DNA from: Thermoproteota archaeon
Lineage (GTDB): Archaea; Korarchaeota; Korarchaeia; B14-G2
Assembly: GCA_037917675.1 (NCBI GenBank)
Contig: JAVCBW010000001.1
Location: 1-12,357, forward strand
DNA: 12,357 nt
Direction: 5' to 3'
Position numbers and translations under genes: made by a program. Within the stretch, counting starts at the first letter, position 1, and every line of letters starts with the position of its first letter. Shown here in pieces: positions 1-7,059 of this stretch. The notes under the pieces were generated by a model. The model searched no databases. It saw nothing but the letters and a program-made list of their open reading frames with translations, and was not told the DNA's origin.

Positions 1-22
1 TGAGCTTAAGCTGGAGGCGTGG

Positions 23-970
23 CTAATACCAGTATGTTGTGAACTTGTGCTCGAGGAGCGGCTCAGCTAGCCCACTATAGGCCATGCAGGCTTCTCTAAG
101 AGGACAAGTAACTGGGCTAGCTGGAAGCTTACAGGATGGCTTAGCTCTACAGACGGTCTTCCCAATATGCCACAGGAGGTCGTCTAGGAGGAGAGGGCTT
201 TTCTCAGCCTCTGAGGCCACAAGCCTCCATGCCAGCCTTACAGCAGCTCTTATAGCTATGTCCTCCTCTACCTCAGCTTCCCTAAGCTGCCTTAGGAGCT
301 CAGCTTCAGCTTCAGAAGGCTTGACGATGCCAGCTCTCACAGCTATCCTAGTCAGGTGGTTGTCTACTGGAACCTGAAGCCTCTGCCTGTCCTCAGCTTT
401 GAAAACCCCTCTTCTCTCGAGGAACTTGACGAGGAGGAAAGGCTTCTTCTCAATGGGGTCCATGTAGGCCCTGAAGGACTTAAGCCTCTCGACGAGCCCC
501 CTCCATGACGCATATAGCCTGCTTCTAGAGCTTCTGATCAGCTCTAGAGCTCTGCCACCATACAGCTCCAGCAGCCCCTCAGCTACATCCCTAAGGAGCT
601 CAGCTCTCTCATGAGGCCTATCAACCTTAGCTCCATGCCTACTGAGCCAGCTGTCAACCTCCTCTCCAGTTATATCAGCCATGTGCTCAGGTGAGAAGAA
701 CCCCCTATCCCTCTGGTATGCTTCTGCTCCAAGCCTATATAGCAGGCTAGCCCCCCTATATACTCTGCCATCCACCTCAGCTTCATAGACTCCTCCTGGA
801 GGATGTGTCCTGTGGTCTATCGCAACCATAAAGAGGAAGTAGCGTGCAACCCACTCATCAGGCTCCCCCTCAGGTGGATACTGCCTCGGGTCGGTAAATG
901 GGTCTTCCCTCACCTTAAGCTTTAGAAGAAGCCTCCCAACCCTCCTACAGGCTTCTCTATCAACATCCAA
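23..970 (-). CDS. HhH-GPD-superfamily N-glycosylase/hydrolase, QNG1 (queuosine-salvage, DUF2419)-like, with C-terminal 4-Cys putative [4Fe-4S] motif
   Basis: 315-aa ORF; TTG start directly abuts the upstream stop (971-973). Motifs: ERAELLR, DPIEKKPFLL, VPVDNHLTRIAVRAGIV (catalytic-Asp motif of the HhH-GPD fold), EEDIAIRAA, LDDLLWHIG, then C-x5-C-x8-CP-x4-C (endonuclease III-like cluster loop). Confidence 0.7.
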   Translation of the reverse strand: MDVDREACRRVGRLLLKLKVREDPFTDPRQYPPEGEPDEWVARYFLFMVAIDHRTHPPGGVYEAEVDGRVYRGASLLYRLGAEAYQRDRGFFSPEHMADITGEEVDSWLSRHGAKVDRPHERAELLRDVAEGLLELYGGRALELIRSSRSRLYASWRGLVERLKSFRAYMDPIEKKPFLLVKFLERRGVFKAEDRQRLQVPVDNHLTRIAVRAGIVKPSEAEAELLRQLREAEVEEDIAIRAAVRLAWRLVASEAEKSPLLLDDLLWHIGKTVCRAKPSCKLPASPVTCPLREACMAYSGLAEPLLEHKFTTYWY

Positions 971-2086
971 CTAGAGACCCCTAGGGACCCTGACGCCAAG
1001 CTCCTCTGACACGCTTCTGAAGTACTCTGCTGTCTTCCTGTGGACTGGGACACCCTTCTTCAGCCTAGTCTGCGTTGTGAGCCAGCTCCTCTCCCCATGG
1101 ACCCATATCTCCTTGAATTTAGGGTGCTTCCTAGCTGACTTCAAGTACCTCTTAAGCTCATCGACTCTCTCAAGGAACTCGCTGAGAGGCATAAAGGCCT
1201 CCACGTTCAGTGCAGCAAAGAAGTGCCCGACATTACTAGGCTTAGGGCCAGCTGTCCCACCAACCTGGCTCCCCCAAGCTGCTCCAGTCAGCAGCCCACA
1301 GAGCACGTCTACTGCAACAGACAGCCCATAGCCCTTATGCCCTCCAGTAAGCTCTAGAAGCCCACCTAAAGGTAGTAGCGCCCCACTCCTCAGCACAACC
1401 TCAGGGTCTCTAGTGATCTCCCCCTTCTCATCTATAGCCCAGTCAGCTGGAGCATCAAGCCCCTTCCTCCTATAGGTCTCAAACTTCCCGATTGGAACTA
1501 TCGTAGTAGCCATATCAAGGAGGAATGGAGGTGGAGTCTTAGCTGGAGCCCCTAGCGCAATGGGGTTTGTCCCTATAGTCCTCCCTAGGGCGCCAGTGTG
1601 GCATGCAAGAGGCCTAGAGTTCGTCATCGAAAGCCCTATCAGCTTCCTCTCAACAGCCATCAGAGCATAGTAGCCTGCTATCCCATAGTGATTGCTGTTC
1701 CTGACCCCTATGACACCAACCATATCACTCTCAGCCTTCCTGATAGCAAGCTCCATAGCCCTATAGCCTACAACCTGCCCAAGCCCCCTATCGCCATCAA
1801 TGAGGGCAGTACACCTGCTCTCTCTCAGAACTCTGATCTCAGGCCTAGGGTTCACAGTACCAGCCTTAAGCCCATCAACATACCTCTTAAGCCTAGCTAC
1901 ACCATGAGACTCTATTCCTCTGAGGTCAGCTGTCACAAGCACATCAGCTGTGATCTCAGCGTCTCCTCTAGGAACCCCAAGCTTCTCGAAGACATCAGCT
2001 ACAAACCTCCTAAGCTCCCTGTGATCTAATCGAACATACTCCTCAGGTGGAGCAGAGACCTTTTCAAACTCCAAGTAAGCCACCAC
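971..2086 (-). CDS. Ldh_2-family (type 2 malate/L-lactate/L-sulfolactate/ureidoglycolate) NAD(P)-dependent oxidoreductase
   Basis: 371 aa with ADLRGIESHG, NSNHYG, GTNPIA, LDMATT, GGHKGYGL and GHFFAAL signatures. GTG start preceded by a GGTGGGG SD-like sequence. Substrate cannot be resolved by eye. Confidence 0.93.
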   Translation of the reverse strand: MVAYLEFEKVSAPPEEYVRLDHRELRRFVADVFEKLGVPRGDAEITADVLVTADLRGIESHGVARLKRYVDGLKAGTVNPRPEIRVLRESRCTALIDGDRGLGQVVGYRAMELAIRKAESDMVGVIGVRNSNHYGIAGYYALMAVERKLIGLSMTNSRPLACHTGALGRTIGTNPIALGAPAKTPPPFLLDMATTIVPIGKFETYRRKGLDAPADWAIDEKGEITRDPEVVLRSGALLPLGGLLELTGGHKGYGLSVAVDVLCGLLTGAAWGSQVGGTAGPKPSNVGHFFAALNVEAFMPLSEFLERVDELKRYLKSARKHPKFKEIWVHGERSWLTTQTRLKKGVPVHRKTAEYFRSVSEELGVRVPRGL

Positions 2087-2103
2087 ACCCCACCTACCCA
2101 GCT

Positions 2104-2120
2104 GGTAAATAAGCCTTAAC
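2104..2120 (-). promoter_or_regulatory. Putative BRE/TATA promoter for the Ldh_2-glycosylase pair
   Basis: Minus strand reads GTTAAGGCTTATTTACC about 20-34 nt upstream of the GTG; it is the only AT-rich box near the start. Confidence 0.45.
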
Positions 2121-2483
2121 TGAGGCTGAGACCATGGGATCCTCTAGCTAGCGTCCTGAGGGCTAGATATCACAGCAATCATGTAGTTTCCTTCTCAGCG
2201 CTGCCCTGAGGCAGCTTGAAGAGCGTCCTTGGCGTCTCTCCAGCATGGCTTCCTCCACCACTTAAAGATCATGTAGAAGCAGCTTCAAATGCTGCCAACA
2301 GCACTAGGCTCTAGGGAGCTAGCCTCCTATAGCATACCTCCAGGCATGTAGTATGCACATGGCTACATAGCTTTAGGTGTCTAGAGACTAGCTCTAGCTA
2401 ACATGGCTACGCTTAGCCTGCTGATGAGCTCCACTGAGGCTCATAGCAGCGTCTGCTGCTCCTTCATAAGCTGAGAGCTACTC

Positions 2484-2496
2484 TAACGCTTATAAG
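2484..2496 (+). promoter_or_regulatory. Putative BRE/TATA promoter of the DUF401 gene
   Basis: TAACG-CTTATAAG; the box ends ~23 nt before the in-frame GTG at 2519, consistent with a leaderless transcript. Confidence 0.55.
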
Positions 2497-2518
2497 CTAC
2501 ATGGCCACCGGGGCAGCT

Positions 2519-3631
2519 GTGGAGAGTAGATCTCTGCTTGCCTTAGCTCTAGCCATCCTGCTGGCATCCCTCTTGATAGCTGAGGCTAGAGGAGTTTCTC
2601 CAGTTCATGTGGTTGAGGCTGTAGCAGGAGACGCAGGTACCTGGAGCCTCCTAGCCTCCATATCGATGATGATGGCTATGGGAGAGCTATACAGGGGATC
2701 TGGAGCTGCAGAGGAGCTTGCTTCAGAGCTTAGAGCGATGCTTAAGAGTGGCAGAGTCGTAGTCTTCGCTGTAGCAGCAGTCTTCGGCTTGCTGCCGATG
2801 CCTGGTGGAGCACTATTATCTGCACCACTGGTAGATGAGGAGGGTAAGAAGATTGGGATGAAGAGAGAGGATATAGCTCTTGCAAACGTCTGGTTCAGAC
2901 ACATAGTCTTCCTGGTTTTCCCACTTACTCCAAGCTTCCTTCTAGCTGAAGCAATAGCTGAAGTAAGCATCTACAAGATAGCCTTGTTCCAAGTTCCAGC
3001 TTTCATCCTGTCAACTGTGATAGGGCTAGCTAAGCTCAAAGGGTACTCTGAGCCCCCCTCAGCCCACCTAAGCTCTAGGCCAGCTAAGCTGCTCTTACTC
3101 CTGATGCCAATAGCCTCAGCTGTCCTCCTAGGGGTCGCTGGGGTCCCAGTACCTATAGCTATTCTAGCTGGGGTAGCTATCCTAGCAGCTATCTCCCATC
3201 CTAGCAGAAGGCAGCTAGCAGATGCTGTCAGCTTCGCGCTCAGCCCACACGTCCTAGCGATAGCATTCAGCTCTCTCGTATTAAGGAGGACGCTCGAGGA
3301 CATGCAGCTGAAGGTCGCTATCCCAGGCTACCTGTACATCCCATGTGCGTCTATTGCAGCAGCTGCCCTAGCTCTAGTAGCAGGGTCGCCTCTAGCTGCA
3401 GTGGGTGCAGTTCTACCAGTATTCGCTGAGCAAGGCAATCTCCCTATGACAAGCGTCATCATAGTGTCATCTTGGACAGGATACCTCTGCTCACCTCTCC
3501 ATCTCTGTAGTATCCTGACATCAAGCTACGTGAGCTCAAGCCTAAAAAGCCTTATTAAGGACATAGCTGGGTTAGCGGTCCCGATACTCATCGCCACCAC
3601 AGCTCAAGCAGCCATAGCTCTAGCTGTGTAG
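2519..3631 (+). CDS. DUF401 (TIGR00529) family multi-pass membrane protein, putative transporter
   Basis: Highly hydrophobic, with GLLPMPGGALLSAPLV, NVWFRH and GYLCSPLHLC motifs typical of DUF401. The ORF track starts at ATG 2501; GTG 2519 fits promoter spacing better. Confidence 0.88.
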   Translation: MESRSLLALALAILLASLLIAEARGVSPVHVVEAVAGDAGTWSLLASISMMMAMGELYRGSGAAEELASELRAMLKSGRVVVFAVAAVFGLLPMPGGALLSAPLVDEEGKKIGMKREDIALANVWFRHIVFLVFPLTPSFLLAEAIAEVSIYKIALFQVPAFILSTVIGLAKLKGYSEPPSAHLSSRPAKLLLLLMPIASAVLLGVAGVPVPIAILAGVAILAAISHPSRRQLADAVSFALSPHVLAIAFSSLVLRRTLEDMQLKVAIPGYLYIPCASIAAAALALVAGSPLAAVGAVLPVFAEQGNLPMTSVIIVSSWTGYLCSPLHLCSILTSSYVSSSLKSLIKDIAGLAVPILIATTAQAAIALAV

Positions 3632-3737
3632 CCAGCTTCCAGCCTACCAGCAGAATCTAGCTAGCAGCCTACAACACCCAGTGCTGGAGCCTAAGTTGAG
3701 GCTGCTGAGAATAGAGAAGAGCTTACTCCCCCCAGAC

Positions 3738-3766
3738 TTAAGCTAGGCTGCGGAAGCCACGCTTAA
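3738..3766. other. Imperfect hairpin between convergent genes (possible terminator/processing element)
   Basis: TTAAGC-ta-GGCT-gcgga-AGCC-ac-GCTTAA inside the 159-nt convergent gap. Confidence 0.25.
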
Positions 3767-3790
3767 AGCTTCAGCCTGCTTAGCTGCCTC

Positions 3791-4468
3791 CTAGCCTACT
3801 ACATGAGCTGCTATGAGCTGAGTGACATCTAAGACCTTAGCCTCACATCCTGCTCTTCCCGCTGCCTCCCTGAGCTGTAGCAGGCAGAATGGGCAGCTTG
3901 TAACCACATAGTCTGGGCTTTGTGAAAGCAGATCTCTGAGAAGCAGAGCTGCTACCTCAGCTGACTCCTCTGGATACAGAGCTCTGAAGCCTCCTCCAGC
4001 ACCACAACACGCCAAGCTAGACTCAACAACTCTACCTATAGCCTTAAGCAGAGTGATAGGCTCCTCTCTAATACCAAGGTGCCTAGCTAGATGGCATGGA
4101 TGATGGTAAGCTATGGTGTAGCCTAGCTTAGGCAGCTTCAGCACACCTCTTCTATATGCTTCAGCTAAGACCTCTACAGTATGCTTTACCCTAGGAGGCT
4201 TCACCCCAACTAGGGGGTAGTCTATCTTAAAGGCTCTGTAGCAGCCTGCACATGACGTGACAACTTCTCTTTCACCCAAGAGCTCAGAGTTGTATCCAGC
4301 TAGCTCCCTGAAGGCCTTAATGTCACCAAGCCTATATAGCACTGAGCCACAGCACCTCCAGCCTTCAGCTACCTCAACCCTGAGCCCAGCAGCCTCTAGA
4401 ACAGCTAGAGTAGCCTCGTAGACCTCTCTAACACGCTGCTCAGCCACGCAGCCAGGGAAGTAGAGCAA
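3791..4468 (-). CDS. Stand-alone cysteine-rich CCG-domain (Fe-S)-binding protein (HdrB/HdrD/GlpC/GlcF-like), no ferredoxin domain
   Basis: 225 aa: LYFPGC...CCG...TSCAGC and YHHPCHL...CCGAGGG...TSCPFC are two CCG repeats. TTG start with SD GAGGTGA (4479-4473). Confidence 0.9.
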   Translation of the reverse strand: MLYFPGCVAEQRVREVYEATLAVLEAAGLRVEVAEGWRCCGSVLYRLGDIKAFRELAGYNSELLGEREVVTSCAGCYRAFKIDYPLVGVKPPRVKHTVEVLAEAYRRGVLKLPKLGYTIAYHHPCHLARHLGIREEPITLLKAIGRVVESSLACCGAGGGFRALYPEESAEVAALLLRDLLSQSPDYVVTSCPFCLLQLREAAGRAGCEAKVLDVTQLIAAHVVG

Positions 4469-4600
4469 GAGCTCACCTCAGAACAAGGGTGGCGTGTTAG
4501 CAGTTGACCCATGTAGCTTCACCTTGATCCACTCTGCTACTAGGAGGTTCAGCGAATGTCTGTATTGGTGAGCGGACATCCACCTTGGGGTACATCAACT
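4469..4600 (-). ncRNA. Candidate structured 5' leader / cis-regulatory RNA
   Basis: Lies between the predicted TSS (~4600) and the SD. Multi-stem fold by eye, including 10 contiguous bp GGUGGAUGUC/GACAUUCGCU with 3 G-U pairs that form only on the minus strand. Confidence 0.4.
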
Positions 4601-4624
4601 TCAGCCTACCACATGCTCACTGGA

Positions 4625-4640
4625 TATTTAACAGTTTCGC
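4625..4640 (-). promoter_or_regulatory. BRE/TATA promoter for the CCG gene
   Basis: Minus strand GCGAAACTG-TTAAATA is a close match to archaeal BRE (CGAAA) plus TATA; predicts a TSS near 4600. Confidence 0.65.
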
Positions 4641-4676
4641 AAGGGTTTACTGCTAAGCCTCAGGGGAAGCAGGCAG

Positions 4677-4684
4677 CTTAATAA
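4677..4684 (+). promoter_or_regulatory. TATA box of the FAD/Fe-S/kinase operon (leaderless)
   Basis: CTTAATAA ends ~23 nt before ATG 4707; no clear SD present. Confidence 0.6.
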
Positions 4685-4706
4685 GCAGTAGCTCAAGTAG
4701 GCTGCT

Positions 4707-6053
4707 ATGGCCATCAGCCGTGTGATAGCTGAGATAGAGGCTGCTGGAGTCAAGCTATCTACATCCTTAGAGGACAGGCTAGCCTACTGCAAGGACTATA
4801 ATCCTCTACACCTCCATAGACTCCTCAGGAGGGAGGTTCCTGCACTACCTGATGCAGTGGCCTTCCCTAGGAGCATAGATGATGTTTCAGCTGTCCTGAG
4901 GGCTGCTAGTGCTCATGGTGTGCCAGTCTACGTGTTTGGTGGGGCGAGTGGAGTGATGGATGCTGCCACACCATATGAGGGAGGGATAGCTCTATCTACT
5001 CTAGGCCTAGACTGGATTGAAGTTGACGTTGAGAACAGGCTAGCTACAGCTGGAGCTGGCGTCATAGGAGGGAAGCTCGAGAAGGCTCTAAACGCCTATG
5101 GGCTTACACTCAGACACTCCCCTCAGAGCCTCTACTGCTCTACTGTTGGCGGGTGGGTTGCTACAGCTGCAAGCGGCCAGTACTCTACAGGCTATGGTAG
5201 CATAGAGGATCTAGTGGTTTCGCTCACTGTTGTTCTACCTAGCGGTGAGGTCCTTGAGGAGACCAAGGCTCCTAGGAGAGCTGGCCCAGACCTCAAGAAG
5301 CTCTTCATAGGAAGCGAGGGGGCTCTAGGTGTTGTAGCTGAGGCCACACTGAAGGTGTTTGATGCTCCAGAGGAGGCTGCCATGCTCTCGCTGGAGTACA
5401 GCAGCCTGAGGGAGGCTCTAGCAGAAGCTAGGAGGCTAGTAGCCATGAAGCCTGCTCTCATGAGGCTGTTCGACGAGGAGGAGTCTCTCAGGTACTTTGA
5501 TGTAGAGAAGCCTACGCTGATAGCTATATTTGAGGGCCAGGACGCTAGCCAGAGAGCTGAGGCAGCTGCTAGAGCTCTGGAGGGTAGGAGAGCTGAAGGC
5601 TACGCTGAGACGTGGATGGGGAAGAGGTTTGATGTCTCTGACATATCTCGCATAGTACCACTTGGCTTCATCTTCGACACCATAGAGGTCGCTTGCTTCT
5701 GGAGCAGCGCTGAGCGCCTATACAGGTCTGTCATTGAGGCTATCAGGAGCGTAAAGGGGACTGTGATGGCTTCAGCTCACGCGTCACACTTCTATTATAG
5801 CGGGCTATGCTTCTACTTCACCTTCGTCGGGCTGCCAGCTGACATCGAAGAGTACTACCATGAGGTCTGGAAGCAAGCTATGAAAGCCTCCCTGGAGAGC
5901 GGAGGCAACATAACACACCACCACGGGGTAGGTAGGCTGAGGAAGCCCTGGCTTAGAGCTGAGATAAAAGGGTACTATAGCCTCCTAGAGAAGATCAAGG
6001 ACATGGTGGATGAGAGGAGGCTGCTTAACAAGGGTGTGCTCCTTGACACTTAG
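4707..6053 (+). CDS. FAD-binding oxidoreductase of the VAO/PCMH family, alkyl-dihydroxyacetone-phosphate synthase (AGPS/YgcU)-like
   Basis: 448 aa; PDAVAFP, FGGASGV, HSPQSLYCSTVGGWVATAASGQYSTGYGSIEDLV, GSEGALGV, HASHFY, LCFYFTF and ITHHHGVG. The triple-His HHHGVG and STxGGW are AGPS-type, whereas GlcD/D-lactate dehydrogenases have GEHGxG. Confidence 0.88.
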   Translation: MAISRVIAEIEAAGVKLSTSLEDRLAYCKDYNPLHLHRLLRREVPALPDAVAFPRSIDDVSAVLRAASAHGVPVYVFGGASGVMDAATPYEGGIALSTLGLDWIEVDVENRLATAGAGVIGGKLEKALNAYGLTLRHSPQSLYCSTVGGWVATAASGQYSTGYGSIEDLVVSLTVVLPSGEVLEETKAPRRAGPDLKKLFIGSEGALGVVAEATLKVFDAPEEAAMLSLEYSSLREALAEARRLVAMKPALMRLFDEEESLRYFDVEKPTLIAIFEGQDASQRAEAAARALEGRRAEGYAETWMGKRFDVSDISRIVPLGFIFDTIEVACFWSSAERLYRSVIEAIRSVKGTVMASAHASHFYYSGLCFYFTFVGLPADIEEYYHEVWKQAMKASLESGGNITHHHGVGRLRKPWLRAEIKGYYSLLEKIKDMVDERRLLNKGVLLDT

Positions 6054-7059
6054 CCCAAAGCTCGTAGCTAGGCTGCTTGCTAGAGCTGACACAGGAACCA
6101 AGCTGAGGCTAGCTAAGGCAGCCTTCAAGCTCAAGAAGGCAGATGACTTTGCTAGGTGCATGCTATGCCCAAACATGTGCCTCCACATGTGCCCTGTCTT
6201 CGATGTGGAGCGGAGGCTAACAGTATCACCCTCTGTGAAGATGAGGCTAGCATACTTCATGAGAGAAGAGGTGTTTGACGCAATATACCACTGCCTCCCA
6301 TGTGACGCATGCAAAGTAAGCTGTCCAATGGAGATAAGCGTAGGTGAGAAGCTGGCTGAAGCTAGGGCAGGACACAGGAGCAAGCTAGCTGAGGAGGCAG
6401 CCAGGGAGGCAGAGGAGCTCATGGCTGAAGCAAGGAGGGAAGCTGAGCAGGAGGAGCGAGATGGGAGAGTCCTCTACTTCCCAGGCTGCAGAGCCTTTGA
6501 GGCAGGGCTCTTCAAGCCCACGGTAGAAGCCCTAGAGAAGCTTGGCGTAGACTTCGCTGTTAGCAGCCAGCTGGTGTGCTGTGGGATGCCCTACTATGAG
6601 CTTGGGCTCAGAGAGAAGTTCAGGGAGCACACCAAAGCGCTGAGGAAGCTGTCAAGGTATGAGAGCGTCGTGAGCAGCTGCCCACACTGCATCTACATCA
6701 TGAGGAAGCTTGGCATAAGAGCTGAGCACATCACAACACTGCTGAAACCCATCAGGATAGGAGGAGACATATCCTACCACGACCCCTGCATACTAGCGAG
6801 GAGACTGAATGTGGTTGAGGAGCCACGCAAGCTGCTTGAAAGCATGGGCTTCAAGCTACATGAACCGCTGTACAGCAGGCACGAGACATACTGCTGCGGC
6901 TACGGCGGAGTCTACAGGCTCATCGACAGGGAGCACGCGGAGAAGGTTGCTGAAGCTAGGAGAAGCCACTTCACCCACGAGGCTGTAACCACATGTCCAG
7001 CATGCAAGATGGCACTTAAAGCAAAGGACATCATAGAGCTAGTGGTGATGGAGCTATGA
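6043..7059 (+). CDS. (Fe-S)-binding oxidoreductase subunit: 2x[4Fe-4S] dicluster plus two CCG domains (GlpC/GlcF/HdrD-like)
   Basis: CMLCPNMCLHMCP, CLPCDACKVSCP, YFPGC..CCG..SSCPHC, YHDPC..CCGYGG..TTCPAC. ORF track start is 6010; TTG 6043 with GGGTG 6 nt upstream, overlapping the previous stop, is more plausible. Confidence 0.9.
   Translation: MTLSPKLVARLLARADTGTKLRLAKAAFKLKKADDFARCMLCPNMCLHMCPVFDVERRLTVSPSVKMRLAYFMREEVFDAIYHCLPCDACKVSCPMEISVGEKLAEARAGHRSKLAEEAAREAEELMAEARREAEQEERDGRVLYFPGCRAFEAGLFKPTVEALEKLGVDFAVSSQLVCCGMPYYELGLREKFREHTKALRKLSRYESVVSSCPHCIYIMRKLGIRAEHITTLLKPIRIGGDISYHDPCILARRLNVVEEPRKLLESMGFKLHEPLYSRHETYCCGYGGVYRLIDREHAEKVAEARRSHFTHEAVTTCPACKMALKAKDIIELVVMEL

Noticed and set aside
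971-2086. Assigning comC, mdh or allD
   Set aside because: Family motifs do not discriminate substrate by eye, and no supporting pathway genes are in the window.
2421-2470. CTGATGAG as a hammerhead ribozyme core
   Set aside because: No downstream GAAA after a stem II and no NUH cleavage-site arrangement.
2101-2500. Possible CRISPR array, tRNA or IS/MITE in the long intergenic gaps (also 8532-8920)
   Set aside because: No regularly spaced 24-40-nt repeats, no cloverleaf or T-loop motif, and no terminal inverted repeats with target duplication visible.
4490-4610. Leader as a C/D or H/ACA guide RNA
   Set aside because: The C box is imperfect (UGAUGU), there is no proper D'/C' spacing, and the ACA is not directly at the base of a pocket-containing hairpin.
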